A stretch of 28,325 nt of DNA from an uncultured virus (IMG/VR IMGVR_UViG_3300032677_000014). Lineage: Duplodnaviria; Heunggongvirae; Uroviricota; Caudoviricetes. Below the pieces are notes generated by a model. It saw only the letters and a list, made by a program, of their open reading frames with translations. It had not been told where the DNA came from and made no database searches. The translations under genes were made by a program, and so were the position numbers. The first letter of the stretch is position 1. Every line of letters begins with the position of its first letter. Of the stretch, positions 7,721 through 14,719 are shown in pieces. Where the stretch lies: IMG/VR virus record IMGVR_UViG_3300032677_000014; one strand, given 5' to 3'.

Positions 7721-7750
7721 AAAAAATGGGAGCGGTAAACTCACGCTCCC
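7721..7750 (-). terminator. intrinsic terminator downstream of rusA-like gene
   Basis: Minus strand GGGAGCG-N9-CGCUCCC-AUUUUUU. Confidence 0.75.
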
Positions 7751-7777
7751 CAAGAACCACCCTCACAGTGATACGGA

Positions 7778-7786
7778 ATTCTATCA
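7778..7786 (-). promoter_or_regulatory. extended -10 promoter candidate (TG-A-TAGAAT) inside inverted repeat GTGATA-N8-TATCAC (7768-7787)
   Basis: Direct sequence match. Confidence 0.4.
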
Positions 7787-7811
7787 CTAACTTGTTATAG
7801 ATGCATTAGGG

Positions 7812-8156
7812 TTAACCCTGATATGGTTTAATTGTAACTTCGCATCCACCACCCTTAATTTTGGCGCCCCGCTCTATGGTAATTTTCCAAACCTGTTGGT
7901 CATTGTCATAGATAAAACCTTGCATGGAATCGCAGATGCCTTTAGCGCAGTTATCAATATCCATCAGACGCTTATCTCTAGGATGTAGGATAATTGACAC
8001 TTCGACTGGCTGATCCCCAAACCCTGCAATCCCCTGGCAGGCTTGAGATACAGCAGTTTTAAAATCCATTCCCCGCTTGGAGATATAGATTCTATTGTTT
8101 GAGGATCTATACATTGCATTTACAGAGGGCGGGTAAGGAAGACTAAGGGTAATCAC
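7812..8156 (-). CDS. rusA: RusA-family Holliday junction resolvase
   Basis: LPYPPSVN N-terminus; DIDN-x-x-K-x-x-x-D and D-x-QV catalytic motifs; GTG start. Confidence 0.88.
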   Translation of the reverse strand: MITLSLPYPPSVNAMYRSSNNRIYISKRGMDFKTAVSQACQGIAGFGDQPVEVSIILHPRDKRLMDIDNCAKGICDSMQGFIYDNDQQVWKITIERGAKIKGGGCEVTIKPYQG

Positions 8157-8240
8157 CTATATTAAACCTTTAAGATTGTCATTACTATGACTTAAATAAT
8201 CCCTAGGATTATACAGAGGAAAACCTTTCGGAAGAGAAAA

Positions 8241-8510
8241 TTGACAGAAAATCCTAGACCAGTTATTAAAAACGTATGTCCCTGCGACGATTGTGAACAT
8301 GTAGAAAACTGCCGAGTAAATGAGCTTGCTTGCCGTCCGTTCTCTAATTTTGTATCCGATAATTACTTTTACCCAGATGCTTTGCGGGATCCATGCAGAG
8401 GCATTTTTAACAAAATTTTTGAGCAAGATGACGCACAATTGTTATTGGAGCTTATCGTTAAATTGAAAGAGGAAAATGAAGATCCAGCTAAAGGTAACAA
8501 GGGAGAATGA
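8241..8510 (+). CDS. cysteine-rich hypothetical protein (CPCDDC-x4-C-x6-C)
   Basis: TTG start; first gene of the rightward block, divergent from rusA. Confidence 0.6.
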   Translation: MTENPRPVIKNVCPCDDCEHVENCRVNELACRPFSNFVSDNYFYPDALRDPCRGIFNKIFEQDDAQLLLELIVKLKEENEDPAKGNKGE

Positions 8511-8910
8511 GGACGGATCAGCTGATGCAGTAGTTGATTACGATGAAGATGGTTTAAAAGTTATTGTTCAATATGGCGTAATTGCTATGCTTAAAGAGGG
8601 AATGAAGGAAATGAAAAATAAAAAAGTTGATAGAGATTTAATGTATAAACTTGAAGATTCTATTGAAAAGTTTAATAGCGTAATTGATGATCTTGAGCTT
8701 TTATACATTACCCATGGAGATCGCAAAGAACCCATGACTGAGGATGAAGTGGCAAACAATCTATTGGGAATTATTAACAAAGCCAAGATGGTTTCTTACT
8801 GGGCAATCGATACTTACGAGCGTTGTTTTGAATTAAACGACTATGCATCTGCAGAAGTAAAAGCTCGTAGAGCAGCAATTATGGGTTGGGATTTGGAGGA
8901 TGAGCAATGA
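8476..8910 (+). CDS. hypothetical protein, apparently two fused modules
   Basis: 144-aa ORF; N-terminal ENEDGSA module; internal in-frame ATGs at 8602/8611 after purine-rich RBS-like sequence. Confidence 0.7.
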   Translation: MKIQLKVTRENEDGSADAVVDYDEDGLKVIVQYGVIAMLKEGMKEMKNKKVDRDLMYKLEDSIEKFNSVIDDLELLYITHGDRKEPMTEDEVANNLLGIINKAKMVSYWAIDTYERCFELNDYASAEVKARRAAIMGWDLEDEQ

Positions 8911-9461
8911 ACTTCACTCAAGACTGGTTTAGCCACAACATTCCGAACTTTGAATTGTGCATGTCCAAGTTGCCCGACAATAGATTATTTCTTGAGATCG
9001 GCGCATTTGAGGGCAAATCTACATGTTGGCTTTTGGAAAACGGATTATCAAATAAAGGCACGATTGTTTGTATAGATCCATTTAGCGGAAGCGTAGAGCA
9101 CGGCGGTATTGACTTTCCTGCTGTGGAGTCTCGGTTTTGGAGCAATACAAACGAGATTAAAAAGTTAGAGCAAAAGGTCTCCTTGTTTAAAGATACATCT
9201 TACAAAGCCTTAGCACAGATGATTGGGTTCAAATACACTTTTGACTTTATCTATGTGGACGGCAGTCATGCACCAGAAGTTGCTCTTACGGATGCTTGTA
9301 TGGCTTGGGGACTCTTGAGAAAAGGCGGAGTTATGTTGTTTGATGACTACGAATATCCGCACGAAGCGACTGGAGATGGAATCAATGGTTTCTTAGCGGG
9401 CTTTGAGGGTCACTATGATTTAGTGCTTTCCAACTATCAACTGGCGGTGCAAAAGAAATGA
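8907..9461 (+). CDS. class I SAM-dependent methyltransferase (Methyltransf_24-like)
   Basis: LEIGAFEGKS, CIDPF, FDFIYVDGSH, GGVMLFDDY motifs; GGAGG RBS. Confidence 0.88.
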   Translation: MNFTQDWFSHNIPNFELCMSKLPDNRLFLEIGAFEGKSTCWLLENGLSNKGTIVCIDPFSGSVEHGGIDFPAVESRFWSNTNEIKKLEQKVSLFKDTSYKALAQMIGFKYTFDFIYVDGSHAPEVALTDACMAWGLLRKGGVMLFDDYEYPHEATGDGINGFLAGFEGHYDLVLSNYQLAVQKK

Positions 9462-9817
9462 ACGCAAATGAATTAGCTGATAAATTAGAGCAAGGTCATT
9501 GGGAAGGCGGCACAAGAGAACAAGCAGCCACCATGCTACGCCATCAACAAGCTGAATACTATTCTTTACTTGTTAATCACGACAAACTTTATGCAAAAGT
9601 AGTAGAGCAACAAGCTGAAATAGAGGCGTTGAAAGGCGACGGAAAAGTATGTGCAAGATGCGGTGCCATTGCTTATGACCCTGTTATTACACAGACAGCA
9701 AAGACACTAACAGATGAGGAAATATGGCAGATTACCGAAGATTTTTGGAAAAGAGATTGGACAACGCTTGATGTTGGGTTTGCTAGAGCAATACTAAGAA
9801 AGGCACAAGAGAAATGA
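9458..9817 (+). CDS. modular hypothetical protein, paralog 1 (QQAE...AKTLTDEEI...FARAILRKAQEK)
   Basis: ATGA coupling; shares three near-identical DNA blocks with 9814-10413. Confidence 0.8.
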   Translation: MNANELADKLEQGHWEGGTREQAATMLRHQQAEYYSLLVNHDKLYAKVVEQQAEIEALKGDGKVCARCGAIAYDPVITQTAKTLTDEEIWQITEDFWKRDWTTLDVGFARAILRKAQEK

Positions 9818-9998
9818 ACTCAAAACAAGTAGCTGATGAATTAGAAAACATTTATTGGATACAAGGCGATGGAAAAGGCAAACCATTTCAGCAATATGCA
9901 GATTTTGTACGCCAGCAACAAGCTGAATACTATTCTTTACTTGTTAATCACGACAAACTTTATGCAAAAGTAATAGAGCAACAAGCTGAAATAGAGGC
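9537..9998 (+). repeat. 91-bp direct repeat (9537-9627 and 9908-9998)
   Basis: 2 mismatches by eye; each copy contains two internal CAACAAGCTGAA 12-mers 63 bp apart. Confidence 0.95.
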
Positions 9999-10323
9999 AC
10001 TAAAACAAAGTAAATCTGACGCCAATAACAAAGTAAATAATGAACCAGTAGCGTGGAGAAGCAAAGATACAGATGGGTATTGGAGTATTTATCAAGCACC
10101 TGTAGAAGGTGCAGAACCACTCTACACCCATCCAGCAAAGACAGATAGATATATTGCCGATTTGAAAAATCTTGTTGATGCACAAGGTCAAGATGGAATA
10201 TGGAATTCAGACAAATATATGCTGGGATTATTTAATGGTCTTGAACTTGCTTTGTCTATTTTTGAAAGTAGAGAACCTAAATTTAGAGAATTACCAGCAA
10301 AGACACTAACAGATGAGGAAATA
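9696..10323 (+). repeat. 29-bp direct repeat CAGCAAAGACACTAACAGATGAGGAAATA (9696-9724, 10295-10323); partial third copy at 10132-10143
   Basis: Exact match read from sequence. Confidence 0.95.
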
Positions 10324-10414
10324 GAAGAATGTTATTGCAATACGATTTATCAAGGTGAATTTGATAAAAATGTATTTGCTAGAGCAATACTAAGAAAGGC
10401 ACAAGAGAAATGAA
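9779..10414 (+). repeat. 40-bp direct repeat TTTGCTAGAGCAATACTAAGAAAGGCACAAGAGAAATGAA (9779-9818, 10375-10414)
   Basis: Exact match; spans the stop codon plus the RBS region and ATG of the next gene. Confidence 0.95.
9814..10413 (+). CDS. modular hypothetical protein, paralog 2 (adds NEPVAW...PLYTHP and an inserted 54-aa module)
   Basis: ATGA coupling; shared blocks with 9458-9817. Confidence 0.8.
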   Translation: MNSKQVADELENIYWIQGDGKGKPFQQYADFVRQQQAEYYSLLVNHDKLYAKVIEQQAEIEALKQSKSDANNKVNNEPVAWRSKDTDGYWSIYQAPVEGAEPLYTHPAKTDRYIADLKNLVDAQGQDGIWNSDKYMLGLFNGLELALSIFESREPKFRELPAKTLTDEEIEECYCNTIYQGEFDKNVFARAILRKAQEK

Positions 10415-10724
10415 AAACATATTAAGAGAAGCTAACGACATTATTTATGGCGATAGAGAGAAAACTTACGGACACCCAAGCAAGAATTTAAAAACGATTG
10501 CGGTTATGTGGAACGCATATTTAAATGCCAAAAATGAAATAGAAGTAAATGCAAAAGACGTTGCCGCTTTGATGATGCTTGTTAAAGTTGCACGCTTTGC
10601 TAACGACCCAAGCCACAAAGATAACTTAGTTGACGTATGCGGTTACGCAGCTTTGATTGAAAGATGCGACGAAGAAGAACCTAAAGAAGAATTAGTAGAC
10701 ATAGAAGAATACGCAAAAGAATGA
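10410..10724 (+). CDS. DUF6378-like phage protein
   Basis: IL-x-EA-x-x-IIYGDR-x-x-x-YGHP-x-x-N...W...KVAR...H-x-DNLVD-x-x-GYA pattern. Confidence 0.8.
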   Translation: MKNILREANDIIYGDREKTYGHPSKNLKTIAVMWNAYLNAKNEIEVNAKDVAALMMLVKVARFANDPSHKDNLVDVCGYAALIERCDEEEPKEELVDIEEYAKE

Positions 10725-12553
10725 ATATTTTAACTTTAGATTTTGAAACTTATTACGCACAGGACTTTAGCTTGTCAAAGCTGACGACCGAGGAATATGT
10801 GCGTGATGATCGCTTTGAAGTTATTGGAGTATCTATAAAGGAGAATGATGATGAAGCAAAATGGTTTAGCGGTTCTCACGAAGAGTTATTGGCTTTCTTG
10901 CATAACTACGACTGGAGTAGTTCTTTTGCTCTTGCCCATAATGCTATGTTTGACTCAGCTATTTTGTCTTGGCGGTTTGGTATTCAACCAATGGCTTGGC
11001 TGGACACGCTTAGCATGGCTCGTGCGACAGATGGTTTGGAAGCTGGAAACTCCCTTGCTAAACTTGTTGAGCGTTATAACTTGGGACGAAAAGGGACAGA
11101 AGTATTACAAGCGATCAACAAGCGGCGTGCGGATTTTAGCGTCGATGATCTTAGCGCATACGGTGGATATTGTAATAACGATGTGGAGCTAACATACAGC
11201 TTATTTAACATACTACTGCCTAGGTTTAGCCTATCGGAGTTAAAGCTAATTAGTTTGACTATCAAAATGTTTGCAGAGCCGACGCTATTTTTAGACACGG
11301 TCTTGCTTGAACAACATCTGATGCAAGTTAAAGCCCGCAAAGAGAAATTACTTAATGCTTGCGTAGCAGATAAAGATACCCTAATGTCCAATCCTAAACT
11401 AGCAGAACTACTAATATCTTTAGGTGTAGAACCACCTATGAAAATATCAATTACCACAGGAAAAGAAACGTATGCGTTTGCAAAAAATGATGAAGGTTTT
11501 AAAGCGTTGTCTGAATATCCCGATGAAAGAGTGCAAGCAATCGTTGCTGCGAGATTGGGTACAAAATCTACCCTTGAAGAAACGAGAACTGAACGCTTTA
11601 TCAATATATCTAAACGAGGACGTATGCCAGTACCGCTTAGATATTATGCCGCCCATACAGGGCGTTGGGGTGGTGACGATAAACTTAACCTTCAGAATCT
11701 ACCAAGAAAATCTCTTCTCAAAGATGCAATTATCTCCCAAGAAGGTTACGTTTTAATCGATGCCGACTCGTCTCAGATTGAAGCTCGCATAGTTGCGTGG
11801 CTATCAGGTCAAAACGATTTAGTTAATGCGTTCGAAAGGAGAGAGGATGTATACAAAAACATGGCATCTGCTATTTATAACAAGGCGGAAGAAAAAATTG
11901 ATTCGAGCGAGCGGTTCGTGGGTAAGACGACAATCCTCGGTGCGGGGTATGGCATGGGCGCTGGAAAGTTTAGTATACAACTCAAAACTTTTGGGGTGGA
12001 AATCACAGATGCGGAGGCGGCTAGGATTATTGACGTATACAGAGTTCGATATCCGTACATTCCCCGATTGTGGCAAGAAGCTAATAGTGCCCTCAGTGCC
12101 CTCCAAAGTAAAAAAGTATGCCAAGTTGGGCATCAACCGCAAGCGCTTACCATTACGGAGAATGGTTTCTTATTGCCAAGTGGTCTCTTCCTCAACTACC
12201 CCGACCTTCAACAAGATCAAGACGGACAATACTCTTACGCAAGCCGACGGGGTCGAATAAAAATCTATGGTGGTAAAGTGGTGGAGAATGTGTGCCAAGC
12301 CCTAGCAAGATGTGTAATAGGTGAGCAAATGCTACGCATATCTAAACGTTACAAAGTAGTTTTAACCGTACACGATGCGGTAATGGCTGTTGTGCCCGAG
12401 GATGAAATTAAACCTGCAATGTTGTATATTGATGAGTGTATGAAATGGAGGCCTAAGTGGGCTCAAGAACTCCCATTGACATGCGAACTTGGTGTAGGGA
12501 AATCCTATGGTGATTGTAGTAGCAAGAAGGCTATTGAAGAATGGAAAATATAA
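10721..12553 (+). CDS. polA: family A DNA polymerase with 3'-5' exonuclease domain
   Basis: ExoI LDFET, ExoII HNAMFD, ExoIII YCNND; HTGRW, NLQNLP; motif A DSSQIEAR, motif B RFVGKTTILGAGYG, motif C TVHDAV. Confidence 0.96.
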   Translation: MNILTLDFETYYAQDFSLSKLTTEEYVRDDRFEVIGVSIKENDDEAKWFSGSHEELLAFLHNYDWSSSFALAHNAMFDSAILSWRFGIQPMAWLDTLSMARATDGLEAGNSLAKLVERYNLGRKGTEVLQAINKRRADFSVDDLSAYGGYCNNDVELTYSLFNILLPRFSLSELKLISLTIKMFAEPTLFLDTVLLEQHLMQVKARKEKLLNACVADKDTLMSNPKLAELLISLGVEPPMKISITTGKETYAFAKNDEGFKALSEYPDERVQAIVAARLGTKSTLEETRTERFINISKRGRMPVPLRYYAAHTGRWGGDDKLNLQNLPRKSLLKDAIISQEGYVLIDADSSQIEARIVAWLSGQNDLVNAFERREDVYKNMASAIYNKAEEKIDSSERFVGKTTILGAGYGMGAGKFSIQLKTFGVEITDAEAARIIDVYRVRYPYIPRLWQEANSALSALQSKKVCQVGHQPQALTITENGFLLPSGLFLNYPDLQQDQDGQYSYASRRGRIKIYGGKVVENVCQALARCVIGEQMLRISKRYKVVLTVHDAVMAVVPEDEIKPAMLYIDECMKWRPKWAQELPLTCELGVGKSYGDCSSKKAIEEWKI

Positions 12554-12723
12554 AGATGGAATACTCCTCATATTATCTAGAAGCAACAAAAGAAATTAAA
12601 TTAGCACAAGATGCTTTATTAAAAAATAATTATGTAGAAGCAAGCGAACATTGTTTGAACGCACAGGTTGAATTACGTTTAATGAACACAGCAGTTAAAA
12701 CTTGGATACCCACAAAAGAATGA
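12541..12723 (+). CDS. small helical hypothetical protein (start may be 12556)
   Basis: Fills the gap between polymerase and nuclease; ATGA overlap downstream. Confidence 0.65.
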   Translation: MENIKMEYSSYYLEATKEIKLAQDALLKNNYVEASEHCLNAQVELRLMNTAVKTWIPTKE

Positions 12724-13391
12724 GCATAACTTGGTCATACTCGTCGCTTGGGTTGTTTCAGCAATGCCCTCGCAAATACTATCATTTGCGTGTAATCAAG
12801 GACATTACAGAACCCGAGTCCGAGCAGATGTTATATGGCAAGTTAGTCCATAAAGCTGCGGAAGATCACATTAAAGATGGTGTGCCGGTACCGGAAAAGT
12901 TCTCATTCCTTACTCCAGTATTGGATGTTCTTAGAGAAATACCGGGAACAAAGCATTGTGAGTATAAGATGGGGTTGACCCAAGACTTAGAGGCTTGTGG
13001 GTTCTTTGATAAAGACGTTTGGTTTAGAGGCGTAGCTGACCTTGTTATCATTAACGATAACGTGGCACACATTATTGATTATAAGACTGGTAAGTCTGCC
13101 CAGTATGCCGACACTAAACAGTTAGAGCTTATGGCTCTGTGCGTGTTTAAGCATTTCCCTCACGTAGAAAGAGTTAAAGCTGGCTTGGCTTTTGTAGTAA
13201 GCGAGGAGTTTGTTAAAGCTAATTACATTAAATATGAAGCGTCGGATAAGTGGGTTATATGGATACAAGAAACTGATAAATTAGAGGCCGCCCACGAGAA
13301 TAACGTGTGGAATGCAAAGCCGAATTTTACCTGTAAAAAGTTCTGCCCAGTAAAAGATTGTGAACATAATGGTAAAGGTCATTACAGATGA
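12720..13391 (+). CDS. PD-(D/E)XK exonuclease, Cas4/RecB-like (start revised to ATG 12720)
   Basis: WSYSSL...CPRKY, G-x-x-VH, RGVADL, IIDYKTGK, QL-x-LMA, C-terminal C-x3-C-x4-C. Confidence 0.9.
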   Translation: MSITWSYSSLGLFQQCPRKYYHLRVIKDITEPESEQMLYGKLVHKAAEDHIKDGVPVPEKFSFLTPVLDVLREIPGTKHCEYKMGLTQDLEACGFFDKDVWFRGVADLVIINDNVAHIIDYKTGKSAQYADTKQLELMALCVFKHFPHVERVKAGLAFVVSEEFVKANYIKYEASDKWVIWIQETDKLEAAHENNVWNAKPNFTCKKFCPVKDCEHNGKGHYR

Positions 13392-13603
13392 ACGAAGAAG
13401 ATTTACGGGATTGTTTTGCGATGTTTGCAATGAATGGTATTTTGGTTAGAGGCGGTTTACACCCAGAGCTAATGCCCGAAAAAAGTATTGCAAGAAGATC
13501 ATACGAAATGGCAGATGCCATGATTGAAGCACGCAAGGCAGAACCCGAAGCAGAAGTTGGTATTGTTGCGGTTAAAACAAGACGGAGAAATAAAAGTGCC
13601 TAA
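13388..13603 (+). CDS. small phage hypothetical protein (LRD-x-FA...A-x-x-x-Y-x-x-ADAM-x-x-AR family pattern)
   Basis: Recognisable pattern; ATGA coupling. Confidence 0.78.
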   Translation: MNEEDLRDCFAMFAMNGILVRGGLHPELMPEKSIARRSYEMADAMIEARKAEPEAEVGIVAVKTRRRNKSA

Positions 13604-13799
13604 GATGCGCATAGCAGATTACATAAATGAAGTTATACCCGAAGCACAAGATCAGTCTAATTTTGATATGACACAGGTAGAAATAGCCCAAAGATTAGGC
13701 ATGCAAAGGGAAAGCATAAACGGATTAGAAAAACGGGCTATGAAAAAGTTTAAAGCAGTACTTAAACAAAAAGGATTTAAAAAAGAGGAACTGCTTTGA
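13596..13799 (+). CDS. sigma-70 region-4-like HTH protein (start revised to GTG 13596)
   Basis: GGAG RBS; FDMTQVEIAQRLGMQRESINGLEKRAMKKFK; homologous to 4374-4541. Confidence 0.78.
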   Translation: MPKMRIADYINEVIPEAQDQSNFDMTQVEIAQRLGMQRESINGLEKRAMKKFKAVLKQKGFKKEELL

Positions 13800-14251
13800 A
13801 ACGTTCCAAAAAGAAACAAAAATGGCAAGCCAAGACATTACAGGAAATGTTTGATAATATTCGGAAGGGGCAGGAATATGTGGCAGTTATCCTGCAAAGG
13901 GCTACTTGGGAAGAAGTGCAGTGGGCTATTAACGTAGCCTTGAGAGAAGAGGATAAGTACATGGCAACAAAAGAAAAAATTGTAGCGCCCGCAGTCAAAG
14001 ATAAAAAGACTGGGGTAATTATTGAGGCGCCTTCAAAAAAGTGGGCACATGACCAAATAGAAGCTAAAGAACATATCAAAGACAAGAATGCTAAGCGTGG
14101 CTTTGTTACTAGTGAAGATAAGTTTGTTAAGAGAAAAAAGGCTGCAGTCATAGCCAAAAAAGCTGGTCAGATTAAAGATAAAGATATTAAAAAACTACAT
14201 TCCAGCGACCTACGCAGGGCGGGTGGTTTAGCAAAGAAGAAAATTAAATGA
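13796..14251 (+). CDS. basic hypothetical protein; probable internal start at 13961
   Basis: TTG start overlapping upstream stop; GAGGA RBS before ATG 13961; C-terminal GFVTS...FV-x-R-x-x-A-x-x-IA-x-x-AGQI...L-x-S-x-DL pattern. Confidence 0.7.
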   Translation: MKRSKKKQKWQAKTLQEMFDNIRKGQEYVAVILQRATWEEVQWAINVALREEDKYMATKEKIVAPAVKDKKTGVIIEAPSKKWAHDQIEAKEHIKDKNAKRGFVTSEDKFVKRKKAAVIAKKAGQIKDKDIKKLHSSDLRRAGGLAKKKIK

Positions 14252-14460
14252 ACAATTTTGAACCCGTACCTTTTGCTGGTTGGATAGCATCCAACCCTCC
14301 TAATAAAGAACAGGTAGAACAAATAATTAAAGATATGCTTGGTGATGACCCACAAACCGGCATAAAATGTATGGTTCTAGCAGATGGTTCTGTATATTAT
14401 TTCCGCAAAGAAGGAGACCGCTATGCCCTATGTGAACAAGCCAAGACCGTACAAACATGA
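14248..14460 (+). CDS. hypothetical protein
   Basis: ATGA coupling; 70 aa. Confidence 0.6.
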   Translation: MNNFEPVPFAGWIASNPPNKEQVEQIIKDMLGDDPQTGIKCMVLADGSVYYFRKEGDRYALCEQAKTVQT

Positions 14461-14719
14461 ATATGAAATGTACGATGGTACGCCAGCCGTTAAGAAAAAA
14501 CGTGCCCAAAGAAATAAGGCTAGAAAAATTATGGAGAAAGCTGGGCTAGCCCACAAAGGGGATGGGAAAGACGTTGACCACAAAACGCCACTATCCAAAG
14601 GTGGCAAAACGGTTAAGTCTAATCTTAGAGTAGAAGCAGCTAGCGCAAACCGGTCGTATTCTCGTAACTCAGACCATACAATGAAACGGAATAAACCTAA
14701 AAATGGAAATAGTAAATAA
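14423..14719 (+). CDS. HNH endonuclease-like protein (start revised to ATG 14423)
   Basis: AAGGAG RBS; DVDHKTPLSKGG...NLRV...NRS. Confidence 0.82.
   Translation: MPYVNKPRPYKHEYEMYDGTPAVKKKRAQRNKARKIMEKAGLAHKGDGKDVDHKTPLSKGGKTVKSNLRVEAASANRSYSRNSDHTMKRNKPKNGNSK

Noticed and set aside
6035..7811. tRNA genes or known self-cleaving ribozymes in the intergenic gaps
   Set aside because: No cloverleaf with a T-loop and no hammerhead CUGAUGA/GAAA core found by eye; a covariance-model search was not possible
9458..10414. Diversity-generating retroelement (TR/VR pair)
   Set aside because: No reverse transcriptase in the window; repeat copies are nearly identical rather than adenine-mutated, and both lie in coding frames
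9537..10414. CRISPR array
   Set aside because: Three different repeat types, two copies each, irregular spacing, all in-frame coding; no cas operon
10410..12553. Modified-base (e.g. 2-aminoadenine) DNA system around the DUF6378-like gene and PolA
   Set aside because: No purZ, dATPase or other base-modification gene is recognisable in the window
12720..13391. CRISPR-associated cas4 gene
   Set aside because: Stand-alone Cas4-like/PD-(D/E)XK nucleases are routine in phage replication modules; no other cas genes
14423..14719. Intron-encoded or mobile homing endonuclease
   Set aside because: Flanking genes are intact, no intron structure seen; small HNH genes before SNF2 helicases are ordinary in such modules
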